Program-made: the position numbers and the translations under genes
Assembly: GCA_965203325.1 (NCBI GenBank)
Contig: OZ241875.1
Location: forward strand, 4,224,001-4,288,000
Direction of reading: 5' to 3'
From: a bacterium
Lineage (GTDB): Bacteria > UBA8248
DNA length: 64,000 bases
The notes under the pieces: model-generated
What the model was told of the DNA's origin: nothing
Databases searched by the model: none
Seen by the model: only the letters and a program-made list of their open reading frames with translations
Shown: positions 38,336 through 48,345 of the stretch, in pieces
Numbering within the stretch: the stretch's first letter is position 1
Layout of the letters: each line of letters opens with the position of its first letter

Positions 38336-41300
38336 TTAGGGCGAGATCACAACGCGAAAAGACGCTTGAGTGGTCTTGATTAGGTAAAGCTCTGTCGTCG
38401 CGAGAAGCCGCAAGCTATCGTCCGTTATGCTATTTACAGAAGCTCCTGGCTGTACAAGTATCATTTCGAAGTTCAGCTTCGCACGACGCGCCTTTTCCTT
38501 AAAGTAGGCAAACCCTTTCATGTCACTCTTTAAAAAGCGGGACGCTCCGTCTTGTTGCCATGCTTCGTGGCGTCGTTTGAGGTCGTTATACAATCTTCGT
38601 AATCCAGTGTGCTTCACAGTGATGCTCTTCTGGGCTTGGCCGCAAACCGTGTAGAAATTTCGAATATCTTGTGAAATTCGCCCTTCGTGTGCGCCTTTGC
38701 AATGGACAAGACAAAGTTGGATTGTACTTTCGTTTACATCTTTTAAGCAGACCAGATCCGCTGCTTCACCACAACCATCGTCATTGAAGATGACGTCGTA
38801 GTCATCCCGCAGATTTTCAAAGGTACGATATTGGATCGTGGCGGTGTCGCGCGTTTTATGCATAGATTCTTGATTAAGCGGTATCCCTCTCCAGTCCCAA
38901 CATTCCAGCTTATCTTTATCGAAGATACCGGAGTCAAGATTTGCTGGGATGTGGTAGCAATTGTAGGAATAAGTGCCGTCGGCGTAACGAACGATGAAGG
39001 GGTCTTTCTGAAGGTACTCCTCCAATGATAGTGCAGGCACATTACTCATTTGAATACTTATCGCAGGGCCAGCAATGTGTTCGTGTTGATAGCCTCCCGT
39101 GAGCGATTCAGAAATGGATAGCCGATATTCTGAAATTGCACTCTCGGAGATAATCCTTATTGAAATCGAACCGTCATGTTGGATTGCACCAATCTCGAGA
39201 TCGACCATGAAGAGGGGAATTTCCATCTTGTCGAAGATGACCCACTGCCGATTGCCAATGCGTAACTGGGCCCGCTCGCCCCATTGTACCGAAATTGGAT
39301 GGGACTCGTACGGGCCTGGCATTCTTTTCGGTCGAAGGAAGTCGCGGGTAATGTTGGTTTCCTGCTGATCCTCTGTGGTAACCTTCGCCCACGTTGCTGA
39401 AGTCCAGTTGATCCATTCAGCGATTGTCCCGGATTTTTGCTGCCAGATCTTTCCGCGACGCTGCGCACCTCCCCATAAGACACGTTCCCCGTCTTCGTAT
39501 CCAAGACATGCGATGTTGTTCAGGGAAGACTCCGCCTTCTCTATGCTGGCAAGGCCTTCAGTTACATTCGGGCCGAAATAAGAAGTGAAACTAATCGCGC
39601 CAATTCGGGAGGAGCCTAAACTCTTTACTAGCGGAAGCTCTACATTATTCAATATGTTGAATATCGGCGTGCCTGAGACAAGCTCCGCTGTTTCATCTGT
39701 GACGGCTTTCGCTATGCGGTCGGAGGGAAGCGCACCATAGTTACTCGTATACAGGCAGAGCACGCCATTCGCTCTGTCCCATCTAAGAACAAGGAGGTCA
39801 TATATAGTATCGAGTAGATTTTCATAGTTTCCCCATTTCACTTCGACGGAACGGCATAATACAGCTACCAGCACTTCCTCAGCTTCGTTGAAGGCAACCC
39901 AGCTTTTCGTCTCAGGTGACAGGACCGAACGAAATTTGAATGGCGACCAATTTTCGCAGGTTGTCCTAAAAAACTGAGCGGAAAGTGCCGGTCGCAGATT
40001 CCAAAGCGATAAATGCTTGTGCAAGTCACCAGCTTCTTTGAGTCCGTATACGACTTCTTGCAGTCTTAACTCTGAAGCTATTCGCTCTTCACTCAATTGC
40101 CGTATGATCTGGTCCCAATCCGCACCATCAGCGTAGAGTTTGGCCAGCTTCGATTCGGCGTCTGGATCAGCTATGTTCGTAACTACCGTAGCTTCACCAA
40201 TTTCCCTCCAATTACCCTTTCGCGTAAACCGGCCGATAAATTGTAGCGTAACCGCAAGTGATTTATGGGTATCGTGGAGTGCTGCGATTTTCAGGTTCGC
40301 TAAATCAAACCCCTCTCCAAGCATGTCAACGCAAACTACAATACGCGACCTGCTGAGATTTCTGTCAAGAATGCGTTGCAGCGCTTCCTTGTTGGCGTTC
40401 GTGCGACCCGGGCCCGAAAACACCACGACAGGGTTTAGATCCGGGGCGAGCTCACGATAGAGTACTGCAATTTTCTCGGCGCGTTCTTTGGTGCGTGTTC
40501 GGGCCATCAAGAGATGGTCCAAACCGAGTTCATCTAAATCGCGACGTAGGGCGAAGATCGCTTCTTTAGCGATTGCTTGGTCTCGCTTACTCTGATCCCC
40601 ATACTCTTCAATAGTACGGAGGTTAATTGGCCGATAATAACCTGCCACCTGTGCATCGCCAAGCTTGTAGTTGAAGATAATCTTTCCATCAATTCTATTG
40701 CCATCACGTCTGAACGGCGTTGCAGTAAACTGGATGATACGTTTTTCTTTGAACAATTCTCGGATGGCGTTCCAAGTGGTCGCCGTCACGTGGTGTGCTT
40801 CATCTACGATCAGGTCGGTGCATTCTTGGATAAGATAGTTGGTAGCATCTGGGGCTGACGCCTGTATAGTATTTGGAAGGGCTATAATGACGTTGGCGTG
40901 TTCTATTATGGAACGGGCTTCTTCAACAGAGCTAATTCCTCCCTTAATGATTGCGACATGTGGCCTTGGTAGTTCGTGTGGTATGACGCCGACATCGTGC
41001 AGAACTCCAAGTGATGCAAACTTTTCTCCGATCTGACTGCGTAACGTATTGCTTGGAACAAGTACGAGGGTGCGTTTGAGCTGGCGATAGACCAGGGTGG
41101 CAAGCATTGTTTCGGTTTTGCCCGTTCCCGTGGGCAACACTATCGTTGCAGCCTCAAAGTCTCCTTCAACAGCGAAATGTGCGGAAATCGCGTGAAGTGC
41201 GCCGATTTGCGGAACACGCAGACCTGGTATTCCGACTTCTTCGTTTGCTGTACGGAAATAGAACTTGTTTGACCAGGACTGGATAACATTCTCAGGGGTA

Positions 41301-41629
41301 TCAGCATAAGTTTCCAGTTCCCCCAACTTGTCCCAGGCTACCGTGAACTGCTTGGGCCAAGTTTCTGGGCCACCAAGTTGTTCACACGTTACAACAGGCA
41401 GGGAAGTAGGTTGGCGACGTGCTCCCTTGCGCCTTAGAATAACTTTGTCATAAGGCTGAGTCAGATCTGTCCTAAGTATATAGTGGCCCGATAATTCGCA
41501 ATCAAAAAGGAGGGATTGGCAACTCGCTCCCATGAATGGGCGCTGGATTACACGGTTGCGACCAATGCGTTTCTTCCGCTCGGGAAGTGGTGGTAGGTTG
41601 ACAATACCTTGCCATTTGGAATTGTTCAT
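38336..41629 (-). CDS. SF2 DExH helicase (Res-like) with C-terminal PD-(D/E)xK-like nuclease
   Basis: LPTGTGKT, VDEAHH, FTATP, DMLGEGFD, QFIGR; C-terminal DDGCGEAADLV..LVHCKG. Confidence 0.85.
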   Translation of the reverse strand: MNNSKWQGIVNLPPLPERKKRIGRNRVIQRPFMGASCQSLLFDCELSGHYILRTDLTQPYDKVILRRKGARRQPTSLPVVTCEQLGGPETWPKQFTVAWDKLGELETYADTPENVIQSWSNKFYFRTANEEVGIPGLRVPQIGALHAISAHFAVEGDFEAATIVLPTGTGKTETMLATLVYRQLKRTLVLVPSNTLRSQIGEKFASLGVLHDVGVIPHELPRPHVAIIKGGISSVEEARSIIEHANVIIALPNTIQASAPDATNYLIQECTDLIVDEAHHVTATTWNAIRELFKEKRIIQFTATPFRRDGNRIDGKIIFNYKLGDAQVAGYYRPINLRTIEEYGDQSKRDQAIAKEAIFALRRDLDELGLDHLLMARTRTKERAEKIAVLYRELAPDLNPVVVFSGPGRTNANKEALQRILDRNLSRSRIVVCVDMLGEGFDLANLKIAALHDTHKSLAVTLQFIGRFTRKGNWREIGEATVVTNIADPDAESKLAKLYADGADWDQIIRQLSEERIASELRLQEVVYGLKEAGDLHKHLSLWNLRPALSAQFFRTTCENWSPFKFRSVLSPETKSWVAFNEAEEVLVAVLCRSVEVKWGNYENLLDTIYDLLVLRWDRANGVLCLYTSNYGALPSDRIAKAVTDETAELVSGTPIFNILNNVELPLVKSLGSSRIGAISFTSYFGPNVTEGLASIEKAESSLNNIACLGYEDGERVLWGGAQRRGKIWQQKSGTIAEWINWTSATWAKVTTEDQQETNITRDFLRPKRMPGPYESHPISVQWGERAQLRIGNRQWVIFDKMEIPLFMVDLEIGAIQHDGSISIRIISESAISEYRLSISESLTGGYQHEHIAGPAISIQMSNVPALSLEEYLQKDPFIVRYADGTYSYNCYHIPANLDSGIFDKDKLECWDWRGIPLNQESMHKTRDTATIQYRTFENLRDDYDVIFNDDGCGEAADLVCLKDVNESTIQLCLVHCKGAHEGRISQDIRNFYTVCGQAQKSITVKHTGLRRLYNDLKRRHEAWQQDGASRFLKSDMKGFAYFKEKARRAKLNFEMILVQPGASVNSITDDSLRLLATTELYLIKTTQASFRVVISP

Positions 41630-41893
41630 GTTTTACCCCTTAACATACGGATATAGACGAGACTCTTTTGCGCGTGCAAAGACAGAATAGTCGTCTGTTT
41701 ACACTTGCGTATCCCGCCTTTCGAATGGATTTCTCCGGCAAATGCCTCGTATGTCCACACATCGTTTTTCAGTGTTGCGAGAACGGAGTTCTTCCCGAAA
41801 ATTGCCCTTTAGGATGCGACGGCGCAATGATTGTATTTGCCGTTCTAAAGGCGGCTTGCGGGGAGGGCGGACATCCTCAATTAGCTTTAGTTC

Positions 41894-42664
41894 CTACGCT
41901 GTCTTCGTGAGATGACTTTGCAGAAACGTTGATCTCCTCTCAAGGGCGCCGGGTCTGTGAAGGTCGTAAAGATCGAGAATGTCTGAACCAAGTTCGTTTT
42001 GGAGCCAGAAAAGGTCCTGGAAATCATTCGCACTCAGGACTTTAGGCTTGAACCTTAGGTCGCACTTTATGGGATCGTAGAACCATCGCCTCTGCATGGG
42101 CATCAAAGCAGGTTCGCCCAAACGGATTATTTCCTGAAGCAATGCTTCGCGTAGATATTGGTCAGCGTTCGAGCGAAATGCAGTTCGCACTAATACTGGC
42201 AAAGGCAGTAAAGCCGGATCGCAAAGGATGAGCCCAAGCTGAATGCAAAACGCCCGAACGTTAAACGTAGTAGGAGAAGATGAAACGATAAGCCGCCACC
42301 AACGCTCGTGAGCAACTTCTAGGGGTCGCTCGCAGTAGAAGTCGAGCGTCTTTTGATGAAAAAGTGCCGCATCCGTCTTAGTAACTCCAGACTTCTGTGA
42401 CTTGCACTCTAAGACTATACAGCGATTACCACTAGTCGCGCCCGAGTCTATCTCATGCCCGATTCCAGAGGCCGGGCGGAAACCGAATAAAGTTGTGGTA
42501 CCGGGACCTTGGCGACACGTCAGGCCGGGGCGTTGGAGCAAGCTACCAATTGCGTGTTCCCATATACGACCGTCGACCAAGATGCCACGGTGATTTGTGC
42601 TCGCTCTGGCGAGTAGCCAAGCGTCTAACGTAAATTCGGCGAGTACGTCTAGATCGTGTGTCAT
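41894..42664 (-). CDS. PD-(D/E)xK-family nuclease-like protein
   Basis: WEH..GHEIDSG..IVLECKSQ; likely start MTHDL 10 bp after the ATPase stop. Confidence 0.65.
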   Translation of the reverse strand: MTHDLDVLAEFTLDAWLLARASTNHRGILVDGRIWEHAIGSLLQRPGLTCRQGPGTTTLFGFRPASGIGHEIDSGATSGNRCIVLECKSQKSGVTKTDAALFHQKTLDFYCERPLEVAHERWWRLIVSSSPTTFNVRAFCIQLGLILCDPALLPLPVLVRTAFRSNADQYLREALLQEIIRLGEPALMPMQRRWFYDPIKCDLRFKPKVLSANDFQDLFWLQNELGSDILDLYDLHRPGALERRSTFLQSHLTKTA

Positions 42665-42674
42665 GATTGGCCCG

Positions 42675-43943
42675 TCATCGCGTTCCGAGGAGCAGATCGT
42701 CGATGTCTTCGGATTCGCTACCATAATCGATTGCAATTTCGAGGTCGGTACTTTCAAATTGTCCATCGAAGAACCGTCGGGCTAGTTCTCCAGTAATCCG
42801 AGGTGCTCCTCGTTCAGCTGCAAAATTGAGTAATTCGTGTGCGCGGTTAAGCAAAATACCTACGCGCCCCTCAGATACCTCGCGTAGGACACCAATCGAG
42901 TCTGGTTCGAAGGGAACAAGTTCATCATCGACGCTGTCTTCGCGGCCTTCTTCCAGGTATACACGAAGCAACTCGCGTACTTGATCGTCATCCTTTAGAC
43001 CGCGTAGGACCACAACGGAAGCGGCATTACTAGGGGACACTTCGAATGGCGGCAGACGATTTTGTTCCCAAAAGCGTTCAAGCTCTAGCGCTGCTCGGCT
43101 ATGGAAAGTGAAGATGAAATGCACTCTGTTTGCGTAGGGTGGCCCTTCAAGCATGTCCCGAATTCGGCCGATTTCTCTTGACCGTTTTGCAGCAGTGATG
43201 CTTCGTGTCGTGGCTAAATCCTCAAGCTGGTCGATCATCAAGTAGAGATGATCAATCCCAGCGGATGCGAGAGCAGCAAGGGCAAAGTCGAGATAGTGAA
43301 GACCGTTTCGCAGACGAGCCGTGGCCGATACTGCTCCTAGCGCCATCTGGACATGTTGAGCGCCACCTGAAGCGAAAGCGTTTACCAGTTCCTGTCGAAG
43401 TGGAGGAGCAGTTCCGCAGATACGATGCCACGTATTGTTAATGTGACTTGCGACTTCAGAAGGCTCCTCCGATTTCAATTGCTCGATGATACGCGCCTTG
43501 GCTTGGTCTAGGACTGCGCTCTTATCCCCTAATGGCTGTGCGAGATCAATTACCGCGTTAAACAGAACGGGATATAGCCCAGAAGCATTGAGATTGTTCA
43601 AATTAGAAAAAGCGGCGGCAACCGGTCTTTGTTTCTCTGGTCGAACACCAGCCTCAGTCAGGGTCTCGACACCCAAGTCTTGGTTGATCTCCTTCGTGAT
43701 TTCTCGCATGAGGGTTGTCTTTCCGAATCCTGTGTCGGCATTAGCTCCCTGGGACCACAGGAAACCAATATTGACTCTTCCCCGAATCGAACTTCGGATA
43801 AACTTGCGACGAAACTCACGAGATTCCTCGTCAAACACGGCCGGGCTGTAGGGTGAATCCTGATCATGGATAGCTGCGGCCGGAAAAGGATTGCCATTCA
43901 ATCCCCATGCTTCTTCCATGTGGTCAAACGCATCGACTGTCAT
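42675..43943 (-). CDS. AAA+ ATPase (Orc1/Cdc6-ExeA-like architecture)
   Basis: WGLNGNPF N-terminus, Walker A GANADTGFGKTT, Walker B LYLMIDQLE, lid FEPDSI..SEGRVG. Confidence 0.8.
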   Translation of the reverse strand: MTVDAFDHMEEAWGLNGNPFPAAAIHDQDSPYSPAVFDEESREFRRKFIRSSIRGRVNIGFLWSQGANADTGFGKTTLMREITKEINQDLGVETLTEAGVRPEKQRPVAAAFSNLNNLNASGLYPVLFNAVIDLAQPLGDKSAVLDQAKARIIEQLKSEEPSEVASHINNTWHRICGTAPPLRQELVNAFASGGAQHVQMALGAVSATARLRNGLHYLDFALAALASAGIDHLYLMIDQLEDLATTRSITAAKRSREIGRIRDMLEGPPYANRVHFIFTFHSRAALELERFWEQNRLPPFEVSPSNAASVVVLRGLKDDDQVRELLRVYLEEGREDSVDDELVPFEPDSIGVLREVSEGRVGILLNRAHELLNFAAERGAPRITGELARRFFDGQFESTDLEIAIDYGSESEDIDDLLLGTR

Positions 43944-43954
43944 TTCGACCTCCT

Positions 43955-45142
43955 TTAGGAGTTTCGAGGTTGCAGGGTCATTTCATATCGGCGGTTACCG
44001 CCTCGTCTGTAGACCGGCTCTGAAGTCGGTTGGCGAGTGGTGCCAAGGTGAAGCAAAACGTGAACACCGAGGTCCGGGATGATTCCAGTAGCTAAACGTT
44101 CGAGCACTAAATCCACAAGAGCTCGCGTGACCTTACAACGAAAAGCTGCATCTGCACGCACACGATAAATGGGAAGATATGGAGCAGCGAGCCTGCTGTC
44201 GGCTACTTGTGCTTGGGCATAATAGGCGGTGACAATCGCTTCCGACACCTGCTGTTCATGTGTTTCAGACGTTCGGCGTTGAATTTGTAGATCGCAGTTC
44301 CCATCAAGATCAGCCGCAAGCCATATAACGTTCTTGCCCTTGAACTGAGGCACATAGCGGGATTGGTCGAGTATTCGTAGTTGTGAGCCCCAACTCTTTA
44401 ATATCTTTAAGTCAGTCGCGCCGATGGCAAGTCCACGCAACCGAATGGCGGCTTCGATGAACGCATCATTCAAAGCTTCTGCCATTTCCTTATTTGTCGG
44501 TCTTTTCTCGCGCTTGTGCCCAAATCGCTTCCGAACGACTGAAACAATGACTTCTCGGATTTGAGCTTTGTGGCTATTTGATAGTTCGTGATCTGTAAGC
44601 CACTCAGTTGCGTAGTGAAACCAATGCTCTGTTTTCTTTCCAGAGCGGCGGGATTCCTCCACGTCTCCTTCCGTGATCTCAGGACAAGCAAGTGGTCCTG
44701 TCTCAAGTATATGAATGAACCTCTGGAAATAGGGGTGTGCGGAATAAACAGCAGTCGTGAGGCGGTCGAAGAACGCCGCCATGTTACTCTCGGCTTGCTC
44801 TGCGGCATCATGGCCAAGAGAAGTGAGACTATATTGACGGTCTCGGTGCGCATCTACGTACTTGCGAGCTGAAGGAAGTTGACGACGTTCTACAAACCCA
44901 AGTCGCATTGCTTCGTCGAGCACCTCACGAGTGGGCGCCCAATACCTATCCCTGTCTCCAACCCGGCTTGCGGTTTTCCGGCCGAGCCCTTGGACGAATA
45001 ACCGATCAACGGTGGCAGCGTATCGGAGGCGAGCCTGTTCGAATGTCGCACCCTCGCGCAGGCCGGACAGTTGAGCCCGCATGTGAGGGACCAATTGTTG
45101 TAATCGAGGAATCGTGTCACGTATATCAGTCGGCTTCATCAT
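43955..45142 (-). CDS. Hypothetical protein with winged-helix-like segments
   Basis: VLDEAMRLGFVE..YSLTSLG and LPIYRVR..ALVDLVLERL patterns. Confidence 0.7.
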   Translation of the reverse strand: MMKPTDIRDTIPRLQQLVPHMRAQLSGLREGATFEQARLRYAATVDRLFVQGLGRKTASRVGDRDRYWAPTREVLDEAMRLGFVERRQLPSARKYVDAHRDRQYSLTSLGHDAAEQAESNMAAFFDRLTTAVYSAHPYFQRFIHILETGPLACPEITEGDVEESRRSGKKTEHWFHYATEWLTDHELSNSHKAQIREVIVSVVRKRFGHKREKRPTNKEMAEALNDAFIEAAIRLRGLAIGATDLKILKSWGSQLRILDQSRYVPQFKGKNVIWLAADLDGNCDLQIQRRTSETHEQQVSEAIVTAYYAQAQVADSRLAAPYLPIYRVRADAAFRCKVTRALVDLVLERLATGIIPDLGVHVLLHLGTTRQPTSEPVYRRGGNRRYEMTLQPRNS

Positions 45143-45148
45143 GATATA

Positions 45149-45177
45149 AACATATACAAATGTCAGGTCTCTGTCAA
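45149..45177 (-). promoter_or_regulatory. Sigma70-like promoter, probably leaderless, for the ATPase cluster
   Basis: TTGACA-17 nt-TATGTT ending 6 nt before the ATG at 45142. Confidence 0.6.
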
Positions 45178-45607
45178 GAGTTCTGAGTTAATAAAATATA
45201 AAAATGGTAAAAGCTGGCTTAGACAATACGAGACTGTCGAGTTCAGCTAAGTTAACGCGAGGCCGAAGTCCAGTGAAAAATTGATGCTACCTATATGGAT
45301 TATAAGCAGTGTATCGTGTGTTTCAGTGAAGTGTTTGTGATTCGGGCACTACAATCGACCGGAAAACCTGAGGGAACTAAAGAATGCGAATAGCTGAAAT
45401 GCGGCGATGTCAGTTCAGGACTCCTAAAAACGATGAATGCCTAAGGGGTTACCATAGCGGTATTAAATCTAGTTGGGAAACGATTAGTCAGCCCGATAAA
45501 ACATCATCTAGGGGGTTGTAACAAACACGGCTCCAAGGACATGGAAATCTTCAATGAACTGCAAGAGAACGACGAAGTCATGAACTACAAACATGCCTAC
45601 AACCTTC

Positions 45608-46768
45608 TCACAAGATATCCTCGGAAATGCTCAACGCGACCCGTTCCGCCGCCTCGCGCACCGTATCGCGCGCGAGATGCGCGTAGCGCGCCGTGGTCTG
45701 TATATGGGAGTGGCCGAGCAGCTTCGCGATGACGGAGAGTCCTTCTCCCAGCGCCAGCGCTCTCGAGGCGTAGGAGTGACGCAGGTCGTGGATCCGCACG
45801 TCATCGAGCTCCGCCCGCGCCCGTACCTTTCGCCAGACGTGATCGAGCCCGCTCAGGCGCGCGCCCGGCTTCCTGCCGGGGAATACCCAGGGATTTCCGG
45901 GAAGACGGGGAAGAGCGGCCAGGAGCTCGGCCGCCGCCGGCGGAAGCGAGACCACGCGCGCACCCGTCTTCGAGTCCACCAGCCGCAGTTCCGATTCCCC
46001 GAGCGCCACGTCCTCCCAGCGCAGCCCGAGGACCTCCGACTTCCGGCACCCGGTCAGCATCAGGAGCCTGATGGCGGCCACGGCGCAGGCGGACGCGCCG
46101 CCCTCCGCCTCCAGCGCGTCGAGCGCCAATCCCAGGCGTTCGAACTCCGCCTCCGTGAGGAACCGCTCCCGCCTGCGAAGGGGGTATTTCACGATGGCGC
46201 GGCACGGGTTCGTTCCTTCGGGCAAAAGCCCCCAGTCGCCTGCCGCCTCGAACATCGAGGAGAGTACCCGCAGCGCCGCGTTCGCCGCCGCAGGCGTCTC
46301 GTGGAGTCCCCGGTGGAGCGCCGCCGCCTGCGCCCCCTCAAGCGATGCGAGCGGTATCTTCCCCAGGGCGGGCAATATGTGCGCACGAAGCGCCGCCCGG
46401 ACCGCGGCGGCCGTGCGCGGCTTGCACCTCACCTCGACGTGTTCCGCCATGTAGCGCCCGGCGAGTTCGGCCACGGTGGGGCCGCCGGCGGATCTCACGG
46501 GCGCGGCCTCCCCGCCCGCCTTGATCTGAGCGATGAGGAGCGCCGCGCGCCTTCTCGCCTCCTCGGAATGGATCACGCCGTGGCGGCCTACCGTCACCCG
46601 TCTCGGTCCCTCGGGCCCCCGCGCCTGCGCGATATACACCTTGCTCCCCGTGGGGTAGACACGGACGCCGAAGCCGGTGAGATCCCTGTCCCAGAACACC
46701 GTGTCCTTGTGGACCTCGAGTTTCCCCACCATCCGGTTCGAGAGCGTTTTCATTGCGGGCTTCCTCAT
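45608..46768 (-). CDS. Tyrosine integrase B (arm-binding + catalytic domain)
   Basis: LTGCRKSE, DSKTG, HDLRHSYAS, LLGHSHIQTTARY. Confidence 0.95.
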   Translation of the reverse strand: MRKPAMKTLSNRMVGKLEVHKDTVFWDRDLTGFGVRVYPTGSKVYIAQARGPEGPRRVTVGRHGVIHSEEARRRAALLIAQIKAGGEAAPVRSAGGPTVAELAGRYMAEHVEVRCKPRTAAAVRAALRAHILPALGKIPLASLEGAQAAALHRGLHETPAAANAALRVLSSMFEAAGDWGLLPEGTNPCRAIVKYPLRRRERFLTEAEFERLGLALDALEAEGGASACAVAAIRLLMLTGCRKSEVLGLRWEDVALGESELRLVDSKTGARVVSLPPAAAELLAALPRLPGNPWVFPGRKPGARLSGLDHVWRKVRARAELDDVRIHDLRHSYASRALALGEGLSVIAKLLGHSHIQTTARYAHLARDTVREAAERVALSISEDIL

Positions 46769-47928
46769 CGCTCCATCCTCCCGTTCGTGACGTGGACGCC
46801 TATGCTCTCGCCCACCCGGGCCGCCGCCGCCCGCTCGGCATCCCGCATCAGGTGCGCGTAGCGCGCCGTCGTCGCCACCTCGCCGTGTCCAAGCAGCGCC
46901 CCGATCACCGGGAGGTTCTCGCCCAGCGCGAGCGCACGGCTCGCATACGAATGACGCAAGTCGTGAAGCCGCACGTCCCCGAGCCCCGCCCCCGCCCGGA
47001 GGGGCTTCCAGTAGTGATAGAGGTTCGTGAGCCTGCCCCCGCCCCGCTGGGCGCGGAACACCCAGGGACCGTCCCCCCGCGGGGGAAGGGCATCGAGCAA
47101 CGGCCCCGTCAGCGGAACCATCCGCGGTCCCGTCTTCGTGTCTCTCAATCTCAGTTCCCCCGCCGCGCGGTCCACGTCGTCCCAGTGCAAGTTCAGCACC
47201 TCATCCCGCCGGCATCCCGTCAGGAGGAGAATCCTGATCGCCGCCACCGCAGGCGGCCACGACGTATCGTCTTCCCGCAACACACGGCCCAACCGGCGGT
47301 ATTCCGCAGGCGTCAGGAACCGCTCCCGCTTGCGCGTCCGGTAGCGGCGAAGCCTTCGGCACGGGTTCCGGCCGGGCGGTATCAGTTCCCACGCCTCGGC
47401 AAGCGCGAACATCCGCTTGAGCACGTCCACCGCGGCGTTCGCCGTCCCCGGCGTCGCGCGAAGGGCGTGCTGGAGCGCCGCGGCCTCCGCCTTGCCCACG
47501 TCTCCCACGTTCATCGAACCCAGCGCCGGCAGGATATGGTTGTCGAGCACGGAGCGGTACTTCGGCGCCGTGGACGGCTTGCAGCGGCTCGCGACGTACT
47601 CGCGCATGAAGCGTCCGGCCAGGTCCGCCACCCTAAGCGCGGGTTCAGCCTCTCCGGAGAGGGGCTCCTCGCCCCGCCTGATCCGGTCGATGACGGGTGC
47701 TGCGCGTTTCCTGGCCTCATCGCACGAGAGCGCCCCGTGGCGACCGAGCGTCACGCGCACAGGCCCTCTGGGTCCTCTCGACTGCACCACGTAGACCTTC
47801 CGGCCCGTTGCGTGCACCCGCACCCCGAAGCCCGCCAGTTCCCGGTCCCAGAATACGGCGTCCTTCTCCTTGACGGAGAGCGCGTCGACCGCGCGCTTGG
47901 TGAGCCTGAACTCGCTTCTTCTCGGCAT
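46765..47928 (-). CDS. Tyrosine integrase A (arm-binding + catalytic domain)
   Basis: LTGCRRDE, DTKTG, HDLRHSYAS, LLGHGEVATTARY; start MPRRS after GGAGG. Confidence 0.95.
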   Translation of the reverse strand: MPRRSEFRLTKRAVDALSVKEKDAVFWDRELAGFGVRVHATGRKVYVVQSRGPRGPVRVTLGRHGALSCDEARKRAAPVIDRIRRGEEPLSGEAEPALRVADLAGRFMREYVASRCKPSTAPKYRSVLDNHILPALGSMNVGDVGKAEAAALQHALRATPGTANAAVDVLKRMFALAEAWELIPPGRNPCRRLRRYRTRKRERFLTPAEYRRLGRVLREDDTSWPPAVAAIRILLLTGCRRDEVLNLHWDDVDRAAGELRLRDTKTGPRMVPLTGPLLDALPPRGDGPWVFRAQRGGGRLTNLYHYWKPLRAGAGLGDVRLHDLRHSYASRALALGENLPVIGALLGHGEVATTARYAHLMRDAERAAAARVGESIGVHVTNGRMER

Positions 47929-48345
47929 GGTTCCTCCAGACAAATATGTAATCAAAACGCATACGAGCGGCGTCAAACGAGAGCGTATTCAAGCATAAGT
48001 ATGACGAAAACGCAAGAGGGGAAATTCGAAAGGTATGTTATTTAATCAAGTATTATCAGTTATTTGCATCATCCAGGCGTAGTCAGTCGAACGATTGACA
48101 TACCGGTCGATTTGAATTATATGTTTGCTCGTCATTCCGGCGTATGCCGGAATCCAGAGCCGGGGAGGGGCGCTCTCCGATTTGGTCTCTCTAATCATTC
48201 TCCTTGAGGGTCGGGTATTCCGAGGGGGAAACCAGACGCAGAAACCGCGTCCTTTCAACAAATGCTGAGGTGGAGGAAGGGTTTGTATCGGAGCATAGGT
48301 TCTAATGCCGAAGCTAAGTTTCTAACTGCTAATTTTCAAGTGAAC

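Larger units (their letters stand above)
3677..48133. mobile_element. Integrative mobilizable element (MOBF relaxase + T4CP + tandem tyrosine integrases); ends tentative
   Basis: Contains relaxase, traD, oriT, ssb, xis-like gene and integrases; 10-bp direct repeat TTTGCTCGTC at 3677-3686 and 48124-48133, each just outside a GTAATCAAAACG motif; no MPF genes. Confidence 0.6.

Noticed and set aside
20396..47928. CRISPR-associated transposon or Cas9-guided integrase idea
   Set aside because: Cas9 is catalytically intact with cas1/cas2 and a long array; no TnsB or TniQ; the ATPase and integrases are more than 15 kb away
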